From an uncultured Eubacterium sp. (lineage in GTDB: Bacteria; Bacillota; Clostridia; Lachnospirales; Lachnospiraceae), in the NCBI GenBank assembly GCA_947642745.1, contig CANRTU010000015.1, positions 5,571-69,570 on the forward strand: a DNA stretch of 64,000 nucleotides, given 5' to 3'. A program made the position numbers and the translations under genes. Below the pieces are notes generated by a model. It was not told the origin of the DNA and searched no databases. It saw only the letters and a program-made list of their open reading frames with translations. Below are positions 18,272 through 28,017 of the stretch, piece after piece. Every line of letters begins with the position of its first letter. The stretch's first letter is position 1.

Positions 18272-19429
18272 CTATCTGGTCTGCGTATCTTCCGTACCTG
18301 TTCCGCCAGCGTCTGTATCCGTCTGCTGGCTGCTTTGTGTATAATTGTCCGCTTCGATACCAGTTACTGTTTCATCTCCGATTCCTTTTCCCGTTTCAGA
18401 TATAATATGGTCGCTGTAACTTTGTACCGTATTGGATGGCGTATAGTTGTAATCGTTAAACAGATAATGATGCAGCTCCGTTACATTTGTAACCAGGTCG
18501 CATGGGATGACCACGTCTCCTTTGGATTCCAGTTCCAGGTTGCAGAGCTTAAATGGAAATCCGGTAGTATCCACCAGTTCATAGTTAAACATCTGTTTTG
18601 CCAGGGAGAATAGTTCCCCGCCGGTAAAGCTGGTGCTGATATCGTCCAGTACGGAATCTATGATCTTGTTGATCGTTAAGATTCCCGCAGTTTTAGCCTT
18701 TGCCACCATCTTGGAAAGTACTTCACGCTGACGCTGGGCACGCTTAAAATCATTGCCTGTCGTATAACGGATCCGGCAGTATGCGGTAGCCTGTACCCCG
18801 TCCATTGTATATTTACCAGGCTCTGTAATCATGTTTGCCGGACGTTTGGTAATTTCCGCCGTCTCAGCAATGTAGTATTTAATCCATTCCGCCTCTTTTT
18901 CATCAATCTCGATTTCCACACCGCCCAGCAGATCCACCGCTTCCGCTACTGCTTCGAAGTCTACTACCACATAATCTTCAATATCCAGATCCAGATTACG
19001 GTTAAGCATACGGATAGCCGCTTCCACGCCGCCACTGTTGTATGCATAGTTTGACTTATGAAAACTGAAGGAACCGTCGCTGCTCGTATTCAGAAATGTA
19101 TCCCGGTATACAGATACGAGTCTCACCGCCTGTGTGTCGTTATTAATACTTGCGATCATAATAACGTCGCTGTTCCCGGCGGCATAATTGCCATTCGAAC
19201 GGTTGTCCAGCCCGAACACGGCAATATTGGTGTATCCTTTTAATACTTTCTGGGTCGTTTCATCCAGATCTGTATTCATAATATCTTTCGTTGCGATAAA
19301 ATCCGGATCACGGTTTAATTTCTGATACTTGGACCATACGTATAAAGCCGCCAGCACAACCAGCAGTAAAATCAGTTCTATGACAAATATAATAATCCTG
19401 CCTTTTTTCTTCTTTTTCTTTGCACTCAT
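18272..19429 (-). CDS. LCP family protein, tandem paralog
   Basis: Same motifs: NSDVIMIASIN, SVYRDT, DFKRAQRQR. Confidence 0.92.
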   Translation of the reverse strand: MSAKKKKKKGRIIIFVIELILLLVVLAALYVWSKYQKLNRDPDFIATKDIMNTDLDETTQKVLKGYTNIAVFGLDNRSNGNYAAGNSDVIMIASINNDTQAVRLVSVYRDTFLNTSSDGSFSFHKSNYAYNSGGVEAAIRMLNRNLDLDIEDYVVVDFEAVAEAVDLLGGVEIEIDEKEAEWIKYYIAETAEITKRPANMITEPGKYTMDGVQATAYCRIRYTTGNDFKRAQRQREVLSKMVAKAKTAGILTINKIIDSVLDDISTSFTGGELFSLAKQMFNYELVDTTGFPFKLCNLELESKGDVVIPCDLVTNVTELHHYLFNDYNYTPSNTVQSYSDHIISETGKGIGDETVTGIEADNYTQSSQQTDTDAGGTGTEDTQTR

Positions 19430-19463
19430 GTCTGCTTTCCCTTCTGCCTTTGTAACTTATACG

Positions 19464-19492
19464 AATATATAATAAATTTTTTTCAAAGTCAA
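19464..19492 (-). promoter_or_regulatory. sigma70-type promoter for the LCP gene
   Basis: TTGACT-N17-TATATT. Confidence 0.6.
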
Positions 19493-19557
19493 TATTTGCA
19501 TACCAGTTTTCTATTTTTTTATGAAAAATTTATAAAATTTTATCCGCCGCCTGCGTC

Positions 19558-20262
19558 CTAACGGCCCGCCAGCCGGTATAAAAATAACAGCCGGTTGCGG
19601 ATCATGACAGGTACCGTATTGGTCCCAAAGTCCGATACATTGTCCCCGTGTCTGCGGTAGTATAACAGAGGCTCTTTCAAAAATACCGTCCCGCCTTTGT
19701 GTTTATCGTTTAACACGCCGATCCACTGGTCATGCATCTGGATATCGTCCGGTATTGGCAGAATATATGGTTTTAAATCTTTGTGTATCGCCATACAGCA
19801 GCCGATAAATTTATTCCTCCATATATTGGACCACATCCCTGCGCCATATCCCCGGTATTCAAAAAAAGAAGGATATATGACGTTTTCCAGTCCGGCGTCC
19901 ATCACCACACAGTCATGAACTACCACATGGCACCTTTTTTCACGAAACGCCTGCATGACCCGCCTGACTTTATCCGGTTTCCATACATCGTCCTGATCTG
20001 AAAGGAAAATAAACGCACCGTCTGTATGGGCAACCGCACAGGCAATATTCTGCTTAATGCCCCTGCCCGGACCGTCCAGCAGCCTGATCCGCCCATCTGA
20101 CGCCTGGTACTGCCGGATCACGGAACATGTCTGGTCAGAAGAACCGTCATCGGAAATAACGATTTCATCCTGCGGCCCTAACTGCCCCAGAATCGAATCC
20201 AGCTGTTCCCTGATATATTTTTCACCATTATATACTGCCATTGCCACAGAAATTCTAACCAT
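19558..20262 (-). CDS. GT2 glycosyltransferase, RgpB-like rhamnosyltransferase
   Basis: YNGEKYIREQLDSIL, SDDGS, LSDQDDVW, HDQWI, YRRH. Confidence 0.85.
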   Translation of the reverse strand: MVRISVAMAVYNGEKYIREQLDSILGQLGPQDEIVISDDGSSDQTCSVIRQYQASDGRIRLLDGPGRGIKQNIACAVAHTDGAFIFLSDQDDVWKPDKVRRVMQAFREKRCHVVVHDCVVMDAGLENVIYPSFFEYRGYGAGMWSNIWRNKFIGCCMAIHKDLKPYILPIPDDIQMHDQWIGVLNDKHKGGTVFLKEPLLYYRRHGDNVSDFGTNTVPVMIRNRLLFLYRLAGR

Positions 20263-20305
20263 AACCAGTCAAATCTCCCTGAATTCCAAAACAGACAAAC
20301 ACTTC

Positions 20306-21715
20306 CTAATGCGCCCCTGATCCGGTCAGTACCACATACACGGTACGCAGCAGGATTTTCACATCCAGCGCCAGCGACCAGTCCGAAATATACTGCGTAT
20401 CCAGCGCCACCACCTCTTCAAAATCCGTAATATCGTTGCGCCCGCTCACCTGCCACATTCCGGTCAGCCCCGGCTTAATGCCCAGACGGCCCCAGTGATG
20501 GAGCTTGTACTTTTCTACTTCATCCACAGTGGGCGGCCTGGTGCCCACCAGACTCATTTCCCCTTTCAGGATATTCCAGAACTGGGGCAGCTCGTCGATG
20601 GAATGTCTGCGGATAAAGCGCCCGATCGGAATGATCCTGGGATCATCCGCCATTTTAAACATCATTCCGTCCATTTCATTTTCTGTCATCAGATGCTGCT
20701 TCTTTTCCTCTGCGTCCATATACATGGAACGGAATTTATAGATATGAAAAATCCGTCCGTTTTTCCCCACCCGCTCCTGGGAGAAGAAAACCGGTCCCGG
20801 AGACTGGATCTTGATAACCGGCGCAAAGATCAGAAAGGCTATGCCCGTAATTACCAGGCCGGCCAGACTGCCTGCGATGTCCATCAGCCGTTTCACAATA
20901 AATTCCCTCGGGGAGGCAATCCGCATACTGGTAGTAAGCACCATGTAGCTTCCACATTTCTCCAGTACTTTGTTCGGCATCATGGCCGTCTGTTTCACCA
21001 GATTATAGTGAACCGTCACGCCCATTTCCAGCAGTTCATTGGCCAGCGCCTCACTGGATTCCCTGGTATTGCCATTGATAAAGACCTCGTCTACCACATT
21101 GTCCTTCACATATTGGTAAAAGCTGTCCGCATTGGCCACCACCGGAATTCCCCGGATTGTTTCCCCTTTGCGTGGCTTGTCCGCAATGACTATGCCGGTC
21201 ACTTCAAAATCCCGGTATTCATCCCGTTCAAAGTCCCGGACACATTCTTCCGCATAACGGTTCATCGTCAGAATAATCATGGACGCTTTGCTCCGGTTTT
21301 TTTTGATCGCACTGCGCACAAACTGTTTGTATATACTGTGTACAACAAATTCATAACAAATAGATATCACCCAGAACGTAAACATACTTTCCCTGGAGTA
21401 TATGGCGGACATTTTCATGGCATACATATATACCAGCATGCCGACGAAAATCGTCGAGCAGGTTACCGTCACCTGCTGCAGCTCCGCCATAGCCTCCCGC
21501 TTAATAATCCGGTGATAAGGCTGTTCAAAAAAAACCACGCAGATGTCCAGCAGTACAAGTATTACAGCCAGACGCCGGTATGGCTCGCTGGCATAAGGAT
21601 TCATCCAGCCGTGGCGTACAATATATCCTGTTATAAAAGCCAGTTGGAGCAGCAGGATATCCAAAATCGTAAAATCCAGATGCTTGACCCAGCCGGTGTT
21701 ATCTTTTCTATACAT
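20306..21715 (-). CDS. Polyprenyl-phosphate sugar phosphotransferase (priming glycosyltransferase)
   Basis: Multi-TM N-terminus; KRLMD, YKFRSM, DELPQFWN, SLVGTRP, PGLTGMWQV. Confidence 0.92.
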   Translation of the reverse strand: MYRKDNTGWVKHLDFTILDILLLQLAFITGYIVRHGWMNPYASEPYRRLAVILVLLDICVVFFEQPYHRIIKREAMAELQQVTVTCSTIFVGMLVYMYAMKMSAIYSRESMFTFWVISICYEFVVHSIYKQFVRSAIKKNRSKASMIILTMNRYAEECVRDFERDEYRDFEVTGIVIADKPRKGETIRGIPVVANADSFYQYVKDNVVDEVFINGNTRESSEALANELLEMGVTVHYNLVKQTAMMPNKVLEKCGSYMVLTTSMRIASPREFIVKRLMDIAGSLAGLVITGIAFLIFAPVIKIQSPGPVFFSQERVGKNGRIFHIYKFRSMYMDAEEKKQHLMTENEMDGMMFKMADDPRIIPIGRFIRRHSIDELPQFWNILKGEMSLVGTRPPTVDEVEKYKLHHWGRLGIKPGLTGMWQVSGRNDITDFEEVVALDTQYISDWSLALDVKILLRTVYVVLTGSGAH

Positions 21716-21920
21716 GCTGCTCCTTTAAATTTCTCAGGTGGATATACAGCCAGCTGTCTGCGTAATCCTCCCGTTCTTTCTGTGTCATATCGCTATATTT
21801 ATCATATGTAAGTTTTGCCTGAAACATCTCCAGTTCTCCGCATTTGTAGCATTCCACATTCTTTCTGCGGGATACGGTACGCATCCATCCACATCTGGGG
21901 CAGATATATACTTTTATCAT
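21708..21920 (-). CDS. Small zinc-ribbon protein
   Basis: CPRC...CYKC in 70 aa; AAGGA RBS; overlaps the start of the priming transferase. Confidence 0.7.
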   Translation of the reverse strand: MIKVYICPRCGWMRTVSRRKNVECYKCGELEMFQAKLTYDKYSDMTQKEREDYADSWLYIHLRNLKEQHV

Positions 21921-22083
21921 GCAAAAATCCTTTCTATATCCATATGTTGTTCCGGGTACTTACACACCTTTTCTGACTCTTTCTTTTTTATTCTTTAGAA
22001 TCGCATGTCTTTTCTGACCATGCCTTTTTCTGCCGGCGGACAGACACAGCCTGTTCTGCCCGCTCTTGGTTCTTCCAGATTTT

Positions 22084-22875
22084 CTACGCCTCTTTTCTGA
22101 CTCTGTAGACTGTATAATTGTCGCTTTGTTTTACCGGCTCAATGGACAGCTGCGACAGATAGCTGTCCATATCATATTCTGTCCGGATCACCAGGTAATG
22201 AACTCCCAGCTTTTTAAGACTGCGCTTTAACTTTGCCGCATCCCCGTGGATGCCCTCATTGACTGCCGCAATGATCCGTTGCTGGAAGGGATATTTTTTC
22301 TGGTCATATCCGTGCTCCGCCTGATACAGATATGCCTGACGGGACACCGCCCAGCAGATCCGTGGCTCATACGTACGCACCTGATATTCCAGATACATAT
22401 CAAAGGCTGCCACCGGCTGCTTTTTCCGTTCCCTTCCCCAGTCCTCCATAATGGCGTCCGCCACTGTAATCGTATCCGGAGCCAGACCATATATGTTTAA
22501 CGGACGGGACAGGTTTTTCCGGCTGATAAACAGATTCGCCCCAAATCCCAGACAGAGCGCAAAAATCAGCGCCGCAGCCAGTATCCGTTTCTTCTGTCTG
22601 CTGAAAAACGCTTCTGTCAGCTGGTATGCGATTAAAAACAATACCGGCAGCATCCAGAAAAACCGGTAATAAGTCTTTGCCTCTGTTATCCGGCCCATCA
22701 GCTGGTAAGCCAGTTCGTTAAATACAAAAAGAATGGACAGTCCCAGCGCAATCACCGCTTTTTTTCCAGTTGTCCCGCCCTTTTTCCTGTCTGTATCATA
22801 AAGCAGACCCAGGCTGGCCGCAAATGCCGCCAGATACAGGGAATCCCCGTTATATTGCCAAAACATGTCCAGCAC
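22084..22875 (-). CDS. Membrane protein of unknown function in the glycan cluster
   Basis: Several TM segments then a soluble tail; co-oriented and tightly packed with neighbours. Confidence 0.7.
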   Translation of the reverse strand: MLDMFWQYNGDSLYLAAFAASLGLLYDTDRKKGGTTGKKAVIALGLSILFVFNELAYQLMGRITEAKTYYRFFWMLPVLFLIAYQLTEAFFSRQKKRILAAALIFALCLGFGANLFISRKNLSRPLNIYGLAPDTITVADAIMEDWGRERKKQPVAAFDMYLEYQVRTYEPRICWAVSRQAYLYQAEHGYDQKKYPFQQRIIAAVNEGIHGDAAKLKRSLKKLGVHYLVIRTEYDMDSYLSQLSIEPVKQSDNYTVYRVRKEA

Positions 22876-22878
22876 AGG

Positions 22879-23955
22879 CTACACCTCCACAACCAGCCAG
22901 TCGATGGCGTAAAAGAAATATACAGTAAGATAGCATATATTTGGCAGCAGACAGACTGCCATCCTGCCAATCAGTACCATATCCCGTCTTTTTTCCACCA
23001 GCAGATGGGCCAGCAGCATAATCGTAATTAACACTGGCACGATCACAATCGAAGACATGGATACTGCCACGCTGGCAAACGCCGCCAGAAATAGTTCCGC
23101 CCAGGTGCCCATATCCCTTTCGTTTTTCCATATCCGGTATAGCAGATACAGGATCATGGGCAGTACCACACTGGCACAGTAGGCCTTTGCTTCATATCCC
23201 CGCAGCATCAGAAACTGCCCTGCCGTATCATACACATCCCAGAACAGCGTAAGCAGGATCGTCAGCGTCACCAGCACTGCGGATTTTTTCCGGTCCCGCC
23301 GGAAGACTTCCATGGCAAAACTGTATACAATGGCATTTGCCAGCAGTACGCACTGCACGCCTGCCATATATTTCTGTAACAGCAGGGCGGAAATACCGGT
23401 CAGCCGGCTAATCCACGCTGTATTCATATAGAAAGAAGACAGTGCGTAACGCAGTTCGATGGTCTCCCGCAGCAGACCGGAATTGCCGTCGTACAGATAC
23501 ATGGTATCCGTCTCTACAGAAGTCGTCATATTTCCAATATAATAAGCAAAATCCCATCCGATATTGCGCTGCATCAGCACGGCTGTGATACATTCACAGA
23601 TCACCGCCGCTGTCATTAACGCCATCAGAAGGCGCACCGCCTTTGCCGGACGGACAGATGTGGCCGCTGCCGGAGACTGTCGTTTCTTTTCTTTACTTAT
23701 CATACAGGATGAAAGCAGCAAAAGCAAGACCAGGATGGCCAGCCATACCATTCCCAGCACATGCAGCTTCTGTCTGGTAAAAATCATAAATTCCGCCAGC
23801 ACCTGAAACAGGGCGAAATATAAAAAGAAACCGATACAGAACACTTCCGGCAGTACCGGACGCATCCGGTATCTGATGCATACTGCTTTTCCCAGAATGC
23901 CGTAAACCACAAAGCTTAACGCCAGTATACAGAAAACAAAAAAAAGTTGCGGCAC
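22879..23955 (-). CDS. Polytopic membrane protein (DUF6077-like, possible GT-C fold)
   Basis: About 9-10 hydrophobic segments; WDFAYY loop motif. Confidence 0.6.
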   Translation of the reverse strand: MPQLFFVFCILALSFVVYGILGKAVCIRYRMRPVLPEVFCIGFFLYFALFQVLAEFMIFTRQKLHVLGMVWLAILVLLLLLSSCMISKEKKRQSPAAATSVRPAKAVRLLMALMTAAVICECITAVLMQRNIGWDFAYYIGNMTTSVETDTMYLYDGNSGLLRETIELRYALSSFYMNTAWISRLTGISALLLQKYMAGVQCVLLANAIVYSFAMEVFRRDRKKSAVLVTLTILLTLFWDVYDTAGQFLMLRGYEAKAYCASVVLPMILYLLYRIWKNERDMGTWAELFLAAFASVAVSMSSIVIVPVLITIMLLAHLLVEKRRDMVLIGRMAVCLLPNICYLTVYFFYAIDWLVVEV

Positions 23956-23958
23956 TTC

Positions 23959-24699
23959 CTAATCCTCCGACATAAAATCATTGTACAGCGGCAGCACTTC
24001 CGCTGTACTGCCCTGCATTTTTACCTTTCCCTCATGAAGCCATAAGATCGTATCGCACAGCCGCTCCAGAGTCTCTGTGCTGTGGGATACGATAATCACG
24101 GTCCGGTCTTCATTGGTAATCAGCTGTTTCATCTTTTCATAACTCTTTGCCTTAAAACGGGCATCGCCTACGCTTAATACTTCATCAATCAGCATAATTT
24201 CTGTTTCCAGAATAGCGGTAATGGAAAATGCCAGTTTGGAATACATACCGCTGGAATACGTACGCACCGGTTTGTCAATAAACGTGCCAAGACCGGAAAA
24301 CTCTATAATTTCTTCCAGTTTTTCCGCCACCTGTTTTTCTGTAAAACCCAGGAGCATCCCGCTTAAATAAATATTTTCCCGTCCTGACAGTTTCTTCTGA
24401 AAACCGACACCGATGGATAGCAGCGATACCGTATAACCATGCAGGTCTATCGTCCCTTCATCCGCTGAAAAAATTCCCGCAATCGCCCGGAGCATGGTAG
24501 ATTTTCCGCTTCCGTTTTTACCTACTATGCCCATGATTTCTCCCCTGGGAACTTTAAACGACACTCCACGGACTGCCTCGTACACTTCGATTTCGGATTT
24601 TTTCAGACTGAACAGACTCTGTCTGATGGAAACTTTGTTCAGGCATTTATAACGGATTTTTAAATCCGATACTTCGATTGCGTATTCCTGTGTATCCAT
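23959..24699 (-). CDS. wzt: Polysaccharide ABC exporter ATP-binding subunit (Wzt/TagH-like)
   Basis: GKNGSGKST, YSSGM, IDEVLSVGD; 246 aa with no C-terminal extension. Confidence 0.9.
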   Translation of the reverse strand: MDTQEYAIEVSDLKIRYKCLNKVSIRQSLFSLKKSEIEVYEAVRGVSFKVPRGEIMGIVGKNGSGKSTMLRAIAGIFSADEGTIDLHGYTVSLLSIGVGFQKKLSGRENIYLSGMLLGFTEKQVAEKLEEIIEFSGLGTFIDKPVRTYSSGMYSKLAFSITAILETEIMLIDEVLSVGDARFKAKSYEKMKQLITNEDRTVIIVSHSTETLERLCDTILWLHEGKVKMQGSTAEVLPLYNDFMSED

Positions 24700-24720
24700 T
24701 CTGATTCCTTTCGCTGATAT

Positions 24721-25524
24721 TTATATGACTTTTACATAACTGTTTTCATGTTTATATATATTATGGACGCCGATAACGGAAAAAATAAGCCCGAGGATAA
24801 ACCATACAAGCAGCGGCGCCCAGTCCGGCATCGTCCGGTATATCAGCACTTTACGCATGGAATCCACCAGCAGCGCCATGGGATTACATTTCAGCAGCAG
24901 ACTATTATAAGGATACGGCACCCTCTTTTCAATAGAATAAATGATTCCGGACATATAAAAAGCCAGCTTGAGCACCACTGTGGTCACATTTGCCAGGTCT
25001 TCCACGTAAACGCCAAAATGAAGCAGCAGACTGCTGAAGGCAAACGTCACCACCAGCAGCATAAGCAGCAGCGGAAACAGCAACATCACTTTCCAGTCCA
25101 CAGGCACCTGATAGCCGATCATCATAATTACCACAATGGAAAACGCAATCGTCATTTTAAATCCATTCGTAATCATCCGCTCAAATACCAGAATAAATTT
25201 TGGCAGATATACCCTGGACACGATGGAACGGTTGGCTGTTACCAGCTTCACACTCTGCTGCAGACACCCGGAAAAGAAGTTCCAGCAGTTGAATCCGATA
25301 AAAATAAATACCGGAAGATATGGTTCCTTTTTCCGGAATACAACTAATGACACAAAGGAATAAACAATCATAAACAGCAGCGGATCCAGAATCCACCACA
25401 GCCAGCTTAAATGAGAATTAGCCACTTCTGATTTTAATGCGGATTTGGCCGCATATACCGTATACCCCCGGTATTTCTTTACATCCCTGATAAATCTGTT
25501 CAACTTTTTTCCCTCGTTTCTCAC
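24721..25524 (-). CDS. wzm: Polysaccharide ABC exporter permease (Wzm/TagG-like)
   Basis: LSWLWWILDPL, about 6 TM segments, NP motif; adjacent to wzt. Confidence 0.9.
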   Translation of the reverse strand: MRNEGKKLNRFIRDVKKYRGYTVYAAKSALKSEVANSHLSWLWWILDPLLFMIVYSFVSLVVFRKKEPYLPVFIFIGFNCWNFFSGCLQQSVKLVTANRSIVSRVYLPKFILVFERMITNGFKMTIAFSIVVIMMIGYQVPVDWKVMLLFPLLLMLLVVTFAFSSLLLHFGVYVEDLANVTTVVLKLAFYMSGIIYSIEKRVPYPYNSLLLKCNPMALLVDSMRKVLIYRTMPDWAPLLVWFILGLIFSVIGVHNIYKHENSYVKVI

Positions 25525-26348
25525 AGATACTTACGGAATCCGTTTAATGTATAAAACACCATATAATAAAATGACCTCACTCGTCCTATACCCAGACAGC
25601 GGTAAGAGCCATACTGCATCTGTGCTGATTTCCATTTATTTCTGGATTTTCCCCCTGCGCTGAGCCGGCATTTAAGCGCCGGTATATTGATTCCCCGGGC
25701 AGCCCCGTATTTTTTTAAAATTTTCAGCCACAAGATATAATCCTCATGGTATTCATCATGTACGAATCCGTATTCCCTGGCCACATCTGTACGCAGAAGT
25801 ACCGAACCGCAGGGAATCACGTTTGTTTTAAGCAGCTGTCTGTAAGTAACCCTTCCCGGTACCGGAATCTGTCTGCCCGTGGACGTTCCGTCCGGCCGCA
25901 CCAGTTCCCTGGCTGTAAAGCACAAAACCGCACCGGTTTTTCTGATACAGGCCATCTGCCGCTTCAGCTTGTCCCTGTCCCACCAGTCGTCCGCATCCAG
26001 AAATGCCACATAGGTTCCCCGTGCTTCCCGGATGCCCCGGTTTCTGGCAGCCGCCACGCCCAGATTTCTGGTCTGGCGCAGGTAACGGACCCTGGAATCT
26101 GACAGATACTTTTTTACGACTTCCGCTGTATGATCCCTGGAACAGTCGTCAATGACCAGCAGTTCAAAAGGCTGCCCGCAGCTCTGGTCCAGCACCGACT
26201 CTATGGCCTGTCCGATGTAGCGTTCCGCCTGCCAGGCCGGCATAATAACAGAAATCAATGGCTGCCGCTTCGTCTGTGTATGTTCCATAAATTTTTCTGT
26301 ACACTGTTTTTTATGATTTATATGCTTTCTATACCTGCAATCTTTCAT
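25521..26348 (-). CDS. GT2 glycosyltransferase (TuaG-like); start may be 26288
   Basis: ISVIMPA, IDDCSRD, AARNRG, AFLDADD, HEDY. Confidence 0.85.
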   Translation of the reverse strand: MKDCRYRKHINHKKQCTEKFMEHTQTKRQPLISVIMPAWQAERYIGQAIESVLDQSCGQPFELLVIDDCSRDHTAEVVKKYLSDSRVRYLRQTRNLGVAAARNRGIREARGTYVAFLDADDWWDRDKLKRQMACIRKTGAVLCFTARELVRPDGTSTGRQIPVPGRVTYRQLLKTNVIPCGSVLLRTDVAREYGFVHDEYHEDYILWLKILKKYGAARGINIPALKCRLSAGGKSRNKWKSAQMQYGSYRCLGIGRVRSFYYMVFYTLNGFRKYL

Positions 26349-26414
26349 CGTTTCCCAAAATGTCGTTAACTAATCATTAACCGTCCTGTGCTTTGTCTGT
26401 ATTTCATGGCTGCC

Positions 26415-27974
26415 TTACTGGCTCTGCAGGGAATCCCCCCGCTTTGCGGGACTGGCTGCCTTTATTTCTTTTTTCGTATCCGGATGTATTTCCGCTTTTA
26501 ATCCTATTTCCATGTCCGCTTCCTGTTTTTCCTCCGGCTTTGTATGTCCGGATTCTTTTTTCAGGGCGGTTTTCTGGCTGTCGTCCACGCCTTCCGATTT
26601 TTCTTTCTGAAAGAGAATTTTGACAGTGAGCAGAATCAGCTTGAGATCCAGCCAGAGGGAATAATTTTCTATATATGTCAGGTCCAGTTTGATTTTGTCG
26701 TAAGGCACAGTATTATACTGTCCATAGACCTGTGCGTATCCGGTAAGTCCGGCTTTCATTTTCAGACGGAAACGGAACTGGGGAATGCTCTTTTCATATT
26801 CCTTCGTAATCTCTTCCCGCTCCGGCCTTGGTCCTACAAAAGACATATCGCCCAGCAGCACATTAAACAGCTGCGGCAGTTCATCAAAATGAAGTCTGCG
26901 GATAATTTTTCCTACAGTCGTAATCCGATCGTCATGTTCGCTTGCCAGCCTGGCGCCCCGTTTTTCCGATTCCACAATCATACTGCGGAATTTATAAATC
27001 GAAAACGGTCTGCCGTCCTTTGTAATCCGTTCCTGCACATACAGCACCGGACCGCCGTCATATAATTTAATGGCCACTGCGATGATCAGCATCACCGGCA
27101 GTGTTATCACACAAAGTATCAGGGAAACAGCCAGATCCATCGTCCGTTTCCAGAACAACTGTCCAAACGTAAGACCCTGATTGCGGAACAAAAGCAGCGG
27201 CGTGTCAAACAGATCTATTTCCGTGGCGCTGGTAATCATAATATCCGAAATCTTCGGTACCGAATAACAGCGTATATCTTTCGCAAAGCAGAATTTCAAA
27301 AACAGGTTGCGCTCATGGGAAGGAATATCCCCGATAATAATTGATTCAAACTCTGGTATTTTTTCCAGAATCTTATCAATTCCCATGCTCAGATTCATCG
27401 TTTCTTTTACCAGGTACTTGTCTCCCCTGGACTGCAGCTTCTGAATCAGCGCTTTCGGGCTGATGGAACCATAAATCAGCAGCATCTCATGGGGCGGGTA
27501 CAGCCTTGCGTACACAGCCCGCATCATAAAAATCCAGAAGATGCCCACCACAATCTGCAGCACTGCCAGTACCAGTACCGGCGTAAGAAACCAGGAAAAT
27601 TTCCACTGGGCAATAAGCGCCAGCTGGAGATATTCCACAAAATTGGTGGCACATACAGACAGTATCTGGGAATACAGCACATCCAGATTGCGCAGATATC
27701 CGACACGGAAACCGCCCAGTACTTTCATAAACAGAATCAGCACTAACGCATAGAGCAGGATAATTGTCCAGTGTCCTCTGCGGTAAAAATAAAAACGCCT
27801 GAAATATTTTTTAAATTCAACCAGGTCTTTGTTGGCATAGAAGTTAAACCACAGCCACGCAAACATGGCCGTCTGTACCGCAACAATCAGAATCGTCCCT
27901 AACAGCATAAAAAAACGTTTGTATCTGGCATTCGTTGTTATATCCCTGTATACTGGTCTGTTCATTGGTCTCAT
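26415..27974 (-). CDS. Second polyprenyl-phosphate sugar phosphotransferase
   Basis: KRTMD, YKFRSM, DELPQLFN, SFVGPRPE, AGLTGYAQV. Confidence 0.92.
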   Translation of the reverse strand: MRPMNRPVYRDITTNARYKRFFMLLGTILIVAVQTAMFAWLWFNFYANKDLVEFKKYFRRFYFYRRGHWTIILLYALVLILFMKVLGGFRVGYLRNLDVLYSQILSVCATNFVEYLQLALIAQWKFSWFLTPVLVLAVLQIVVGIFWIFMMRAVYARLYPPHEMLLIYGSISPKALIQKLQSRGDKYLVKETMNLSMGIDKILEKIPEFESIIIGDIPSHERNLFLKFCFAKDIRCYSVPKISDIMITSATEIDLFDTPLLLFRNQGLTFGQLFWKRTMDLAVSLILCVITLPVMLIIAVAIKLYDGGPVLYVQERITKDGRPFSIYKFRSMIVESEKRGARLASEHDDRITTVGKIIRRLHFDELPQLFNVLLGDMSFVGPRPEREEITKEYEKSIPQFRFRLKMKAGLTGYAQVYGQYNTVPYDKIKLDLTYIENYSLWLDLKLILLTVKILFQKEKSEGVDDSQKTALKKESGHTKPEEKQEADMEIGLKAEIHPDTKKEIKAASPAKRGDSLQSQ

Positions 27975-28017
27975 AATGATTTCATCCCCGTCCGGTTTTG
28001 ATGCGCCTGTTTCAGTC

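Noticed and set aside
20495-21811. 438-aa plus-strand ORF
   Set aside because: Antisense shadow of the priming transferase; no motifs.
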